Shown here: piece after piece, positions 28,728 to 36,766 of the stretch
Layout of the letters: each line of letters starts with the position of its first letter
Numbering within the stretch: the stretch's first letter is position 1
Origin: Phyllobacteriaceae bacterium
GTDB taxonomy: Bacteria; Pseudomonadota; Alphaproteobacteria; Rhizobiales; Devosiaceae
Reading direction: 5' to 3'
Assembly (NCBI GenBank): GCA_012799265.1
Contig: JAAZLP010000073.1
Coordinates: forward strand, 1 to 43,315
Length of the DNA stretch: 43,315 bases
Notes under the pieces: generated by a model
Database searches by the model: none
What the model was told of the DNA's origin: nothing
What the model saw: the letters and a program-made list of their open reading frames with translations, nothing else
Program-made: the position numbers and the translations under genes

Positions 28728-31004
28728 GTGACTGACTACGGACACGACCTGATCTTCGGCACGTTCTCGACACCCGCCGCTCAGCAGCATGACGCCGTGA
28801 TCGCGCTTGCGCAGCATGCCGAGCAGGTTGGCCTCGACATGGTGACCATCCAGGACCATCCATACAATCCCGGCTTCCTTGATGCCTACACCCTCCTCAC
28901 CTGGATCGCTGCGAGCACAAGCAAGCTTCGCGTATCGGCGAATGTGACGAACCTGCCGCTGCGGTTTGCGCCGGTGCTGGCCAAAATGGCAGCGAGCATC
29001 GACATTCTTTCAGGTGGACGTTTTGAGATGGGGCTTGGGGCTGGTGGCTTTGCCGAGGCCATCAAGTCCATGGGCGGCCCGAGCCTGACAACCGGTGAAA
29101 GCATTGAAGCGGCTAGCGAAGCCATGGATCTTATGCGCGGCATCTGGAGGGGCGACGGCCAGATGTTCAAGCTGCACGGCAAGCACTACGACGTGCCCGG
29201 CGTCCGCTCCGGCCCGCAACCCGCTCATGACATCGGAATATGGTTGGGCGCCTATAAGCCACGCATCCTCCGGTTGACCGGCACGAAGGCAGATGGCTGG
29301 CTGCCTAGCCTCGGCTATCTCAAGCTGGAGGACGTGGCGGAATCGCACCGGATTATCGACGAGGCCGCACTGACTGCTGGCCGTGACCCGCGAGAAATCC
29401 GCCGCCTGCTCAACATTTCCAGCCTGGCTCTTTCGGACACCAATGAAGGCTTCTTGAAGGGCCCTCGCGAGCAGCTGATCAATCAATTGCAGGAGCTCAT
29501 CTTCGAGTATGGCTTTAGCGGCTTCTTCATCAGCGGTGATGACCCGACCATCATGGAAGTGGTGGGGAAGGATATCGCACCGGCAGTTCGTAAGGCAGTG
29601 AGCAAGGCCCGTACCGTCAGTGGGACGGTACCCGCGCCGAGCGCAGCAGATCGGCAGCGACAGGCAGCTCGCCTGCCCGACATAAACTATGAGGCCATCC
29701 CAGACGACCTCAAGGCAAGCGCCGTCGAGCCCGGGGACCGCGACTATGACAATGTCCGTCATTCCTACATTTATGCAGGCAGCCCCGGCCTTGTCCTGAT
29801 GCCGCGCTCAGCAAATAAAGTCTCGGAAGCCGTGCTTTATGCGCGAGCCCAGAACAAGCCGATCGCCGTGCGCAGCGGTGGGCATGGGATTGCAGGGCAT
29901 TCGACCAATGATGGTGGGATCGTCATTGATCTGCGGCACCTCAATCGCATTGAAGTCCTGGACCGAACAAAAAATCTGGTGCGCATTGAAGCTGGTGCAC
30001 GCTGGGGCCAAGTTGCCGAAGAACTTGAGAAGTGCAAGCTGGCGCTTAGCTCGGGTGATTATGGCGGCGTCGGCGTTGGCGGCCTCGCAACAACGGGCGG
30101 CTTGGGTTATTTCGCCCGCAAATACGGCCTGACCATCGACCGCATTCGCGCAGCAGAAATAGTTCTGGTGGACGGTAACATCGTGCGCGCTGATGCGGAC
30201 ACCAATCCCGATCTTTTTTGGGCGATCCGTGGCGCCGGCGCAAACTTTGGCGTCGTCACCTCCTTTGAGTTTGAGGCATACGAGATCGGCAATGTGATCC
30301 GCGCCATCCAGGTGTTTGACCTCAGCGACGCGGAGACATTTCTGGTCAATTGGGGCCGGATCATCAAGGCAGCGCCCCGCGAGCTGACTAGCTTCCTTTC
30401 CGTGTTCTCGAGCCGCAAGGCGCCGATGGCACAAGCCATTTCCGTCTTCGCTGGCGATGACACCGAGGCCGCAACAAAGGCGCTGACACCGCTGCTCGAC
30501 GCCGGTCCGGTCCTGCAGCAGCAGGCGCATATTGCCCCCTACCCTACGCTCGTGCCGTGGCAGGAAGGTCCGCATGGCGGCAGCACAATGGGCGTTAGCC
30601 ATTCAGGATTGATCGAGCACATCACCCCAGAGATTGCCGGACACATCGCTTCGATCGTACGTTCCCGCAGCGCCGAAATGGTGCAGTTGAGGGCGGCCGG
30701 CGGTGCGGTCAACGACATGCCGGCAGACGCGACGGCCTATGCGCATCGGACACAGAATTTTTCACTACTCGCTGCGTCCTACGACAATCCGGCAGCACTC
30801 AACGCGCAGTGGGACCAGCTGAAGCCGCTGCTCAAGGGCATGTACGCGGCTTTTGAAACAGACATGTCGCCAGAAATCCTGCTGGCAGCCTATCCGGAGC
30901 CGACGCTGAGCCGTCTTCGTCAGCTCAAGGCGAAATATGATCCGGACAACGTCTTCAACACCAGTTTCAACATTCTTCCGGCTGCGGATAACGTGGTTGC
31001 CTGA
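28728..31004 (+). CDS. Fusion of an LLM-family oxidoreductase and an FAD-linked oxidase (VAO/berberine-bridge type)
   Basis: N-terminal LLM domain (QDHPY, ASIDILSGGRFEMGLGAG, ADGWLPS). C-terminal FAD-binding domain with RSGGHG, DLFWAIRGAGANFGVVT and the BBE tail RLRQLKAKYDPDNVF. Confidence 0.85.
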   Translation: MTDYGHDLIFGTFSTPAAQQHDAVIALAQHAEQVGLDMVTIQDHPYNPGFLDAYTLLTWIAASTSKLRVSANVTNLPLRFAPVLAKMAASIDILSGGRFEMGLGAGGFAEAIKSMGGPSLTTGESIEAASEAMDLMRGIWRGDGQMFKLHGKHYDVPGVRSGPQPAHDIGIWLGAYKPRILRLTGTKADGWLPSLGYLKLEDVAESHRIIDEAALTAGRDPREIRRLLNISSLALSDTNEGFLKGPREQLINQLQELIFEYGFSGFFISGDDPTIMEVVGKDIAPAVRKAVSKARTVSGTVPAPSAADRQRQAARLPDINYEAIPDDLKASAVEPGDRDYDNVRHSYIYAGSPGLVLMPRSANKVSEAVLYARAQNKPIAVRSGGHGIAGHSTNDGGIVIDLRHLNRIEVLDRTKNLVRIEAGARWGQVAEELEKCKLALSSGDYGGVGVGGLATTGGLGYFARKYGLTIDRIRAAEIVLVDGNIVRADADTNPDLFWAIRGAGANFGVVTSFEFEAYEIGNVIRAIQVFDLSDAETFLVNWGRIIKAAPRELTSFLSVFSSRKAPMAQAISVFAGDDTEAATKALTPLLDAGPVLQQQAHIAPYPTLVPWQEGPHGGSTMGVSHSGLIEHITPEIAGHIASIVRSRSAEMVQLRAAGGAVNDMPADATAYAHRTQNFSLLAASYDNPAALNAQWDQLKPLLKGMYAAFETDMSPEILLAAYPEPTLSRLRQLKAKYDPDNVFNTSFNILPAADNVVA

Positions 31005-31040
31005 GAGGATCGACAAAGACCGCTTGACGAATGTCGGTTT

Positions 31041-31056
31041 TTGACCAAACGATCAA
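31041..31056. promoter_or_regulatory. RutR-type operator, copy 2 (TTGACCAAACGATCAA)
   Basis: 15/16 identical to copy 1. Lies 24 bp upstream of fgd and downstream of a TTGACG -35-like hexamer (31024-31029), so it overlaps the expected -10 region. Confidence 0.78.
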
Positions 31057-31080
31057 ATATTCGCAGTCCGGGAGGGGTCC

Positions 31081-32082
31081 ATGCGCTTTGGCTTTAAGGC
31101 ATCCGCCGAACAGTTCGGCCCCAACGAACTGCTGAAGTTCGCCGTCGAGGCAGAGGACGCCGGGTTCGACTCGGTGTTCGTATCGGACCATTTCCAACCG
31201 TGGAAGCACACGGATGGTCATGCGCCGTTTGCGCCGGGCTGGATGTCTGCCGTGCTGGCGCGCACCGAACGCGTCATTCTTGGCACCTCGGTGCTGACGC
31301 CCACCTTTCGCCTCCACCCCACAGTTGTGGCTCATGCCTTCGGTACAATGGGTGCCATGTTCCCCGGGCGCGTCATTCTGGGCGTGGGTACAGGCGAGAG
31401 CCTCAACGAAGTGCCGGCCACGGGCATGGAATGGCCGGAGCTGAAAGAGCGTTCAGCGCGGCTGCGCGAAGCCGTCAAACTCATCCGCCAGCTGTGGTCC
31501 GAAGACCGGGTGACCTTCGAGGGCGAGTATTACAAGACATCCAACGCAACGATCTATGACAAGCCGGCTGAGCCTGTGCCGATCTATATCGCTGCCGGTG
31601 GACCGTTGAATGCCAAATATGCCGGACGCGCGGGCGATGGGTTTATCTGCACCTCCGGCAAGGGCGCTGATCTATACACCAAGGAACTGCTGCCCAATGT
31701 CGAGATCGGACGCTCCGAGAGCGACCGGCAGGAAAAACGCTTCGAACGCATGATCGAAGTGAAGGTGTCATTCGACACGGACTATGATCGCGCGCTCAAT
31801 GACACGCGCAACTGGGCAGCGCTCTCGCTTTCTGCTGAAGAAAAGCACTCCGTGCAGGACCCGGAGGAAATGGAACGCCTGGCCGAGGCTTTGCCCATTG
31901 AGCGAGTGGCCAAACGCTGGATCGTCTCTTCCGACCCGGATGAGCATGTGGCGGCGATCAAGACCTATATGGATTATGGCTTCGACCATCTGGTTTTCCA
32001 CGCGCCAGGGACCGACCAACCGCGCTTCCTCAACCTCTATTCTCGCGAAATCCTGCCGCGCCTGCGCAAGATCACCGGCTAA
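31081..32082 (+). CDS. fgd: F420-dependent glucose-6-phosphate dehydrogenase
   Basis: [58 protein letters not shown] and HLVFHAPG closely follow mycobacterial FGD1. Confidence 0.9.
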   Translation: MRFGFKASAEQFGPNELLKFAVEAEDAGFDSVFVSDHFQPWKHTDGHAPFAPGWMSAVLARTERVILGTSVLTPTFRLHPTVVAHAFGTMGAMFPGRVILGVGTGESLNEVPATGMEWPELKERSARLREAVKLIRQLWSEDRVTFEGEYYKTSNATIYDKPAEPVPIYIAAGGPLNAKYAGRAGDGFICTSGKGADLYTKELLPNVEIGRSESDRQEKRFERMIEVKVSFDTDYDRALNDTRNWAALSLSAEEKHSVQDPEEMERLAEALPIERVAKRWIVSSDPDEHVAAIKTYMDYGFDHLVFHAPGTDQPRFLNLYSREILPRLRKITG

Positions 32083-32100
32083 TTCTGGGAGCCTCGGACT

Positions 32101-32913
32101 ATGACACCGCGCTTTTCTGTCTGGGGCATTACCGGCATTCCGGAAGTTGAGAAGGGCGACGACCTCGTTGCACTGATCGCTGAGGCAGCATTTGCGCAAG
32201 CGCAAGCTGAACCCGAATTCGCCTTGCAGAATGGCGACATTCTCGTGGTGACCTCCAAGATCGTCTCGAAGTCCGAAGGCATGCAAGTGCCGGCTGCGGA
32301 ACGCGAGCGCGCCATTGCCGAGGACACCGTTCGTGTCGTTGCGGAACGCGTTCACCCCGGGGGGGTGTTCCGAATTGTCGAGACGCGTCAGGGCCTCGTC
32401 ATGGCGGCTGCAGGGATTGACATGTCGAACGTCCCAGAGGGAACTGCGCTGCGGCTGCCACTCGATCCGGACGCTTCTGCTCGGGCGCTTTGCGCAGGTC
32501 TGCGGGAGATGCTGGGCATCGAGATTGGCGTAATCATCACAGACACAATCGGCCGGGCATGGAGAGTTGGGCAGACGGACATGGCCATCGGCGCCGCTGG
32601 TCTGCAACTCACGGATGATCTTCGAGGCGCTGTGGATGCCAATGGCCGGCCTTTGCATGTCACCCAGGCCGTGATCGCCGATGAAATCGCCGGCGCCGCT
32701 GACCTGGTCAAAGGCAAGACGAGTAAAATTCCAGTGGCCGTTGTCCGCGGCCTTGGCCGCTATGTCCGTGACCTGGGTGCGCCTGGAGCACGGACGCTGA
32801 CACGCACCGGCGATGATGACATGTTCCGCTTCGGCAGCGCAGAGGCTTATCGGATTGGCTATGAAGCTGCACTGGCAGAAATGAAAAACAAGCAGCGGCA
32901 GGATCAGGACTGA
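32101..32913 (+). CDS. cofE: Coenzyme F420-0:L-glutamate ligase (single-domain CofE)
   Basis: [76 protein letters not shown] and PVAVVRG. No FbiB nitroreductase domain. Confidence 0.92.
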   Translation: MTPRFSVWGITGIPEVEKGDDLVALIAEAAFAQAQAEPEFALQNGDILVVTSKIVSKSEGMQVPAAERERAIAEDTVRVVAERVHPGGVFRIVETRQGLVMAAAGIDMSNVPEGTALRLPLDPDASARALCAGLREMLGIEIGVIITDTIGRAWRVGQTDMAIGAAGLQLTDDLRGAVDANGRPLHVTQAVIADEIAGAADLVKGKTSKIPVAVVRGLGRYVRDLGAPGARTLTRTGDDDMFRFGSAEAYRIGYEAALAEMKNKQRQDQD

Positions 32914-32915
32914 CC

Positions 32916-33839
32916 ATGCGCTTTCTCGCCTCTCTGGCCCTTGTCGTCGCGCTCGCAATGCCTGCCTCGGCAGAAACGACTTATCCCCTTGCGATCGATA
33001 ACTGCGGACAGACCGTCACGATTTCTTCTGCACCACATCGTGTGGTGGCAATCAAATCGACAGCGACGGAACTGCTTCTCTCCCTTGGCTTGAGGGACAG
33101 GATTGTCGGCGTGGGCTTTCAGGACGGCCCGCTGCCGCCGGCGCTAGAAACAGAGCTACCCATTCTCTCTGACAAACTGCCGAGCCAGGAAGTGGTACTC
33201 GAGACCGAACCTGACCTCGTCTATGGTGGCTGGGAGAGTAATTTCTCTGGCGCCGGCGCCGGTGAGCGGCCGACGCTGCAACACATGGGCGTCGCAACCT
33301 ATGTCGCGCCTTCAGCCTGTCGCTCAGTTAAACCGCCGAGCCTGACGACTGACGCTCTCTTCGCGGAAATGCGTGAGATCGGCGCCATCTTTGACGTCGG
33401 GGTAAACGCGGAAGCGCTCGTCGGAGAACAACAGGCTCTCCTCGCCAGTGTGACACCCGATAGCCGCGGCCTGAGCGCTGTGTGGTATTCCTCGGCAACC
33501 AAGACGCCTTATGTCGGCGCGGGCAACAATGCCCCGGCGCTGATCATGCACGCTCTTGGATTGCAAAACATCTTTGGCGACATCGATGAAGGATGGACCT
33601 CCACCTCATGGGAGGCGATCGTCGATGCCAATCCTGACGTCATCATTCTCGTCGACGCGACGTGGAACTCCGCAGAGCAGAAAAAGCAGCTCCTTGCTGA
33701 AAACCCGATCACGCGTGAGATGGATGCGGTGAAGAACCAGCGCTATCTCACCCTGCCCTTCCCGGCATCGGAAGCGGGAGTCCGGACAATCCCCGCGATA
33801 GTGGACCTAGCCGAACAACTGGCACGGATCCGTTTCTGA
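32916..33839 (+). CDS. Putative F420-0 ABC transporter substrate-binding protein (BtuF/FecB fold)
   Basis: YPLAIDNCG, RVVAIKST, EPDLVYGGWESNFSGAGAGER, TPYVGAG and SWEAIVDANPDVI resemble the recalled F420-0 SBP clade. Starts 2 bp after cofE. Confidence 0.78.
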   Translation: MRFLASLALVVALAMPASAETTYPLAIDNCGQTVTISSAPHRVVAIKSTATELLLSLGLRDRIVGVGFQDGPLPPALETELPILSDKLPSQEVVLETEPDLVYGGWESNFSGAGAGERPTLQHMGVATYVAPSACRSVKPPSLTTDALFAEMREIGAIFDVGVNAEALVGEQQALLASVTPDSRGLSAVWYSSATKTPYVGAGNNAPALIMHALGLQNIFGDIDEGWTSTSWEAIVDANPDVIILVDATWNSAEQKKQLLAENPITREMDAVKNQRYLTLPFPASEAGVRTIPAIVDLAEQLARIRF

Positions 33840-34841
33840 ATGAGACCAGCCAGCCTCTCTGCGCTGACCGTGCTTTTGTTGGCCTCGGCGCTGATTGCGG
33901 TGACACTGGGGCCAGCGGAAATCACAGCTGGCGACGTGTGGTTGACCATCCTCCACCACCTTGGCCTCATGGCTGAACCTTCTCTTTCCCGTCTGCAGGA
34001 TGCCATTGTATGGGAACTGCGCCTGCCGCGCGTTCTCGTTGCCATGGGGGTTGGTGCAGGGCTCGCGCTTGCTGGCGCGGTGATGCAGGCGCTGACCCGC
34101 AATCCCCTGGCAGACCCATACCTCCTGGGTCTCTCGTCCGGCGCAGCACTGGGCGCCGTTATCTTCCTTCTCTTGGGCGCAGTGTTGCTGATGCCATTGG
34201 GCGCGTTTTTCGGCAGCACTGGCGCACTGGCTCTGGCTCTGCTGATCGCGCAACTGCTCGGCGGGGCGACGCCATCGCGCGCTATCCTTGCGGGCATCTG
34301 CATTTCAGCGCTGGCAACAGCGGCGACGTCGTTCCTGATTTTCTGGTCTGCAACAGGGGACAGCTATCGCGAAATTCTGAGCTGGCTGATGGGATCGCTG
34401 GCCGGTTCGCTCTGGTCGGATGTGGGCCTGGTCTTTGCGGCACTTCTGCTCTGCGTGCCGATCATCCTCTTCTTTGGGCGAGCGCTAGACGCCTTTGCCT
34501 TCGGCGACACTTCGGCGGCCGCCTTGGGCATTGATGTGCCACGCCTGCGCTGGACCATGCTGGGCGCTTCGGCGCTACTCACAGGCATCATGGTCGCCGT
34601 AGGGGGCGCCATCGGCTTTGTCGGCCTCGTCGTGCCCCATGTTGTTCGCCTTGCCATAGGCACATCTCATCGGGCCCTTCTGCCCCACGCCATGATGGTC
34701 GGTGCAATCTTCATGCTCTGGGCAGACACGCTGGCCCGAACCCTGTTTGATCCGCGCGAACTGCCGGTGGGAATCATCACCGCGCTCATCGGCGCACCGA
34801 TTTTCCTCCTGGTCCTGCTCCGCTATCGGAGGATCACGTGA
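33840..34841 (+). CDS. Putative F420-0 ABC transporter permease (FecCD/BtuC family)
   Basis: IVWELRLPR, QALTRNPLADPYLLGLSSGA, GAIGFVGL and ELPVGIITALIGAP. Abuts the SBP gene. Confidence 0.82.
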   Translation: MRPASLSALTVLLLASALIAVTLGPAEITAGDVWLTILHHLGLMAEPSLSRLQDAIVWELRLPRVLVAMGVGAGLALAGAVMQALTRNPLADPYLLGLSSGAALGAVIFLLLGAVLLMPLGAFFGSTGALALALLIAQLLGGATPSRAILAGICISALATAATSFLIFWSATGDSYREILSWLMGSLAGSLWSDVGLVFAALLLCVPIILFFGRALDAFAFGDTSAAALGIDVPRLRWTMLGASALLTGIMVAVGGAIGFVGLVVPHVVRLAIGTSHRALLPHAMMVGAIFMLWADTLARTLFDPRELPVGIITALIGAPIFLLVLLRYRRIT

Positions 34842-35605
34842 GCCTCTCGGTTTCAGATGTCTCGGTGACGCGCGGCGGTAAGCCAATTCTATCCAACGTT
34901 GGCTTCACCGCACCGAAAGGGGCCATCACTGGCCTTCTCGGGCCGAACGGCGCTGGAAAGTCCACCCTGCTGCACACGCTGCTCGGCCTGATGCCGACCA
35001 GTGGAAGCGCGGTTTTCGAAAGGGTGGACCTGTTATCGATGCCCAGACGAGAGCGCGCGCGCATGGCGGCATTGGTGGAGCAATCAGTATCAACCGAGGA
35101 ACGCCTCAGCGTGAGGGACGTCGTGGCGCTGGGCCGCATCCCCTATCAGTCAGCTCTCAGCGGAGCAGATGACCCGGCTGGCTCAGAAATAATCAATCAA
35201 GCGCTGGCCGACGTTGGCATGCAGGAGTTTGCAGACCGGCGCATCCAGTCGCTTTCTGGAGGCGAGCAGCAGCGCGTGCACATTGCGCGCGCACTTGCGC
35301 AACAGCCGCGGCTCCTCCTGCTGGATGAGCCGACCAGTCATCTCGACATCCGCGCACAACTCGAACTGACGGCACTACTGCGGCGCAAGGCAGTCAGTGG
35401 CATGACAGTGGTCGTTGCAATCCACGACCTCAACCTGGCGGCCCGCTACTGCGACCATCTTGTGGTGCTGGACCGGGGCCGCCTCTCAGCCGAAGGGGCA
35501 CCAAATCAAGTGCTGACAGCGCGGATGCTGGAAGCTGTTTATGGCGTGCGGGCCCGGCTGCTGGATGACCCGCAATCGGACCGGGCCACCATAGTCTACG
35601 ACTAG
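34838..35605 (+). CDS. Putative F420-0 ABC transporter ATP-binding protein (FecE/BtuD-like)
   Basis: GPNGAGKST, LSGGEQQR, LLLDEPTSHLD and HDLNLAARYCD. GTGA overlap with the permease. Confidence 0.85.
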   Translation: MSLSVSDVSVTRGGKPILSNVGFTAPKGAITGLLGPNGAGKSTLLHTLLGLMPTSGSAVFERVDLLSMPRRERARMAALVEQSVSTEERLSVRDVVALGRIPYQSALSGADDPAGSEIINQALADVGMQEFADRRIQSLSGGEQQRVHIARALAQQPRLLLLDEPTSHLDIRAQLELTALLRRKAVSGMTVVVAIHDLNLAARYCDHLVVLDRGRLSAEGAPNQVLTARMLEAVYGVRARLLDDPQSDRATIVYD

Positions 35606-35639
35606 CCAGCGCCCTGAACTCGTCTTCGGCGAAAGCGGA

Positions 35640-35685
35640 TTGACAAGTCTTCAGTCTCACCCCAAAAATTTGATCGGCTGGTCAA
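35640..35685 (+). promoter_or_regulatory. Sigma70-like promoter with RutR-type operator, copy 3 (TTGATCGGCTGGTCAA at 35670-35685)
   Basis: TTGACA at 35640-35645, an A-rich -10-like element near 35664-35669, then the palindrome TTTGATC-ggct-GGTCAAA over the expected start site. Confidence 0.75.
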
Positions 35686-35717
35686 AAATTCCAGCAACAA
35701 GGGAGCGGTGAGGGACC

Positions 35718-36719
35718 ATGGAATTCGGCATTACCTTCAAGGGTTTTATTGAGGCTGAACGGGCGCGCTATCTGGTACGCGCTGCTGAATATGCCGGGTT
35801 CTCTTATTGCTGGTTCTACGACAGCCATATTCTATGGCGCGACTGCTATGCCGCCATCGCCATGTGCATGGAGCACACCACGGATATGCGGTTCGGCCCG
35901 CTGGTGACTAATCCCGACGTGCGCGACTGGTCAGTGGCGGCATCGATCTTTGGCTCGCTCTCCAAACAGTCCGGCGGTCGCTTCGATCTGGCAGTTGGCC
36001 GCGGCGATAGCTCCATGCGCGTCATGGGCAAGAAGCCGGCAACGCTCAAACGCGTTGCAGAATTCATCGACAAGACCAAGGCAATGGTGCGGGGCAAAGA
36101 AGTCACCTATGGCGAAATTCCAGCTGCAGTAAAATTCCCTTGGGCGGTTGGCCACGACATGCCGAGCTGGATCGCAGCCTATGGCCCACTGGCCCTTAAG
36201 ACCGCGGGCGAGAGCGCTGATGGCGTCGTACTGCAGATCGCCGATCCGGGACTTTGCAAGTGGTTCACCGACCAATGTATTGAAGCCGGCAAGGCTGTTG
36301 GCAAGGATATGAGCAAGTATCGGTCCATGGCCGCTGCCCCTGCCTATTTCGGGGACCGCAAGCGTGCGATCGAGAAGGTGAAGTGGTTCCCCGCAATGGT
36401 CGGCAATCACGTGGCCGATATCGTCGAAAAATATGGTTCGAACAGCGACAAGGTGCCAGCCAGCCTGACCTCTTACATCGAGAAGCGCCGCGGCTATGAT
36501 TATTCAAAGCACGGCCAGGCGGATAACCCCTACCTCGATTTCATCACGGACGATGTGGTGGAAAGCTTCTGCGTGCTGGGTGAACCCGACGAGCACATCA
36601 GCAAGATCCGCGAGCTTGAAGCGGCAGGCGTCACGCAGTTCAACATCTATCTCGACAGCGGCGACGAGGAAGAAATCATCGCCAACTACGGGCGCCACGT
36701 TATTCCGGCGTTCGCCTGA
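35718..36719 (+). CDS. Mer-like F420-dependent LLM oxidoreductase (CPS_4043/TIGR03842-type)
   Basis: AGFSYCWFYDSHILWRD, FGPLVTNP..RDWSVAAS, GRGDSS.RVMGKKP, ADGVVLQIADP, WFPAMVGNHVAD, GYDYSKHG and GVTQFNIYL. Family assignment is from recall. Confidence 0.78.
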   Translation: MEFGITFKGFIEAERARYLVRAAEYAGFSYCWFYDSHILWRDCYAAIAMCMEHTTDMRFGPLVTNPDVRDWSVAASIFGSLSKQSGGRFDLAVGRGDSSMRVMGKKPATLKRVAEFIDKTKAMVRGKEVTYGEIPAAVKFPWAVGHDMPSWIAAYGPLALKTAGESADGVVLQIADPGLCKWFTDQCIEAGKAVGKDMSKYRSMAAAPAYFGDRKRAIEKVKWFPAMVGNHVADIVEKYGSNSDKVPASLTSYIEKRRGYDYSKHGQADNPYLDFITDDVVESFCVLGEPDEHISKIRELEAAGVTQFNIYLDSGDEEEIIANYGRHVIPAFA

Positions 36720-36725
36720 TAGCGA

Positions 36726-36754
36726 GCTTCGTCAGCCAAACTGACCGACGAAGC
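36726..36754. terminator. Hairpin between convergent LLM and melA genes
   Basis: GCTTCGTC-(13 nt)-GACGAAGC, an 8-bp stem followed by ATTTGT. Confidence 0.5.
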
Positions 36755-36766
36755 ATTTGTCCCGTT

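Noticed and set aside
31768-32958. 396-aa minus-strand ORF
   Set aside because: Antisense to fgd and cofE, with no protein-like motifs.
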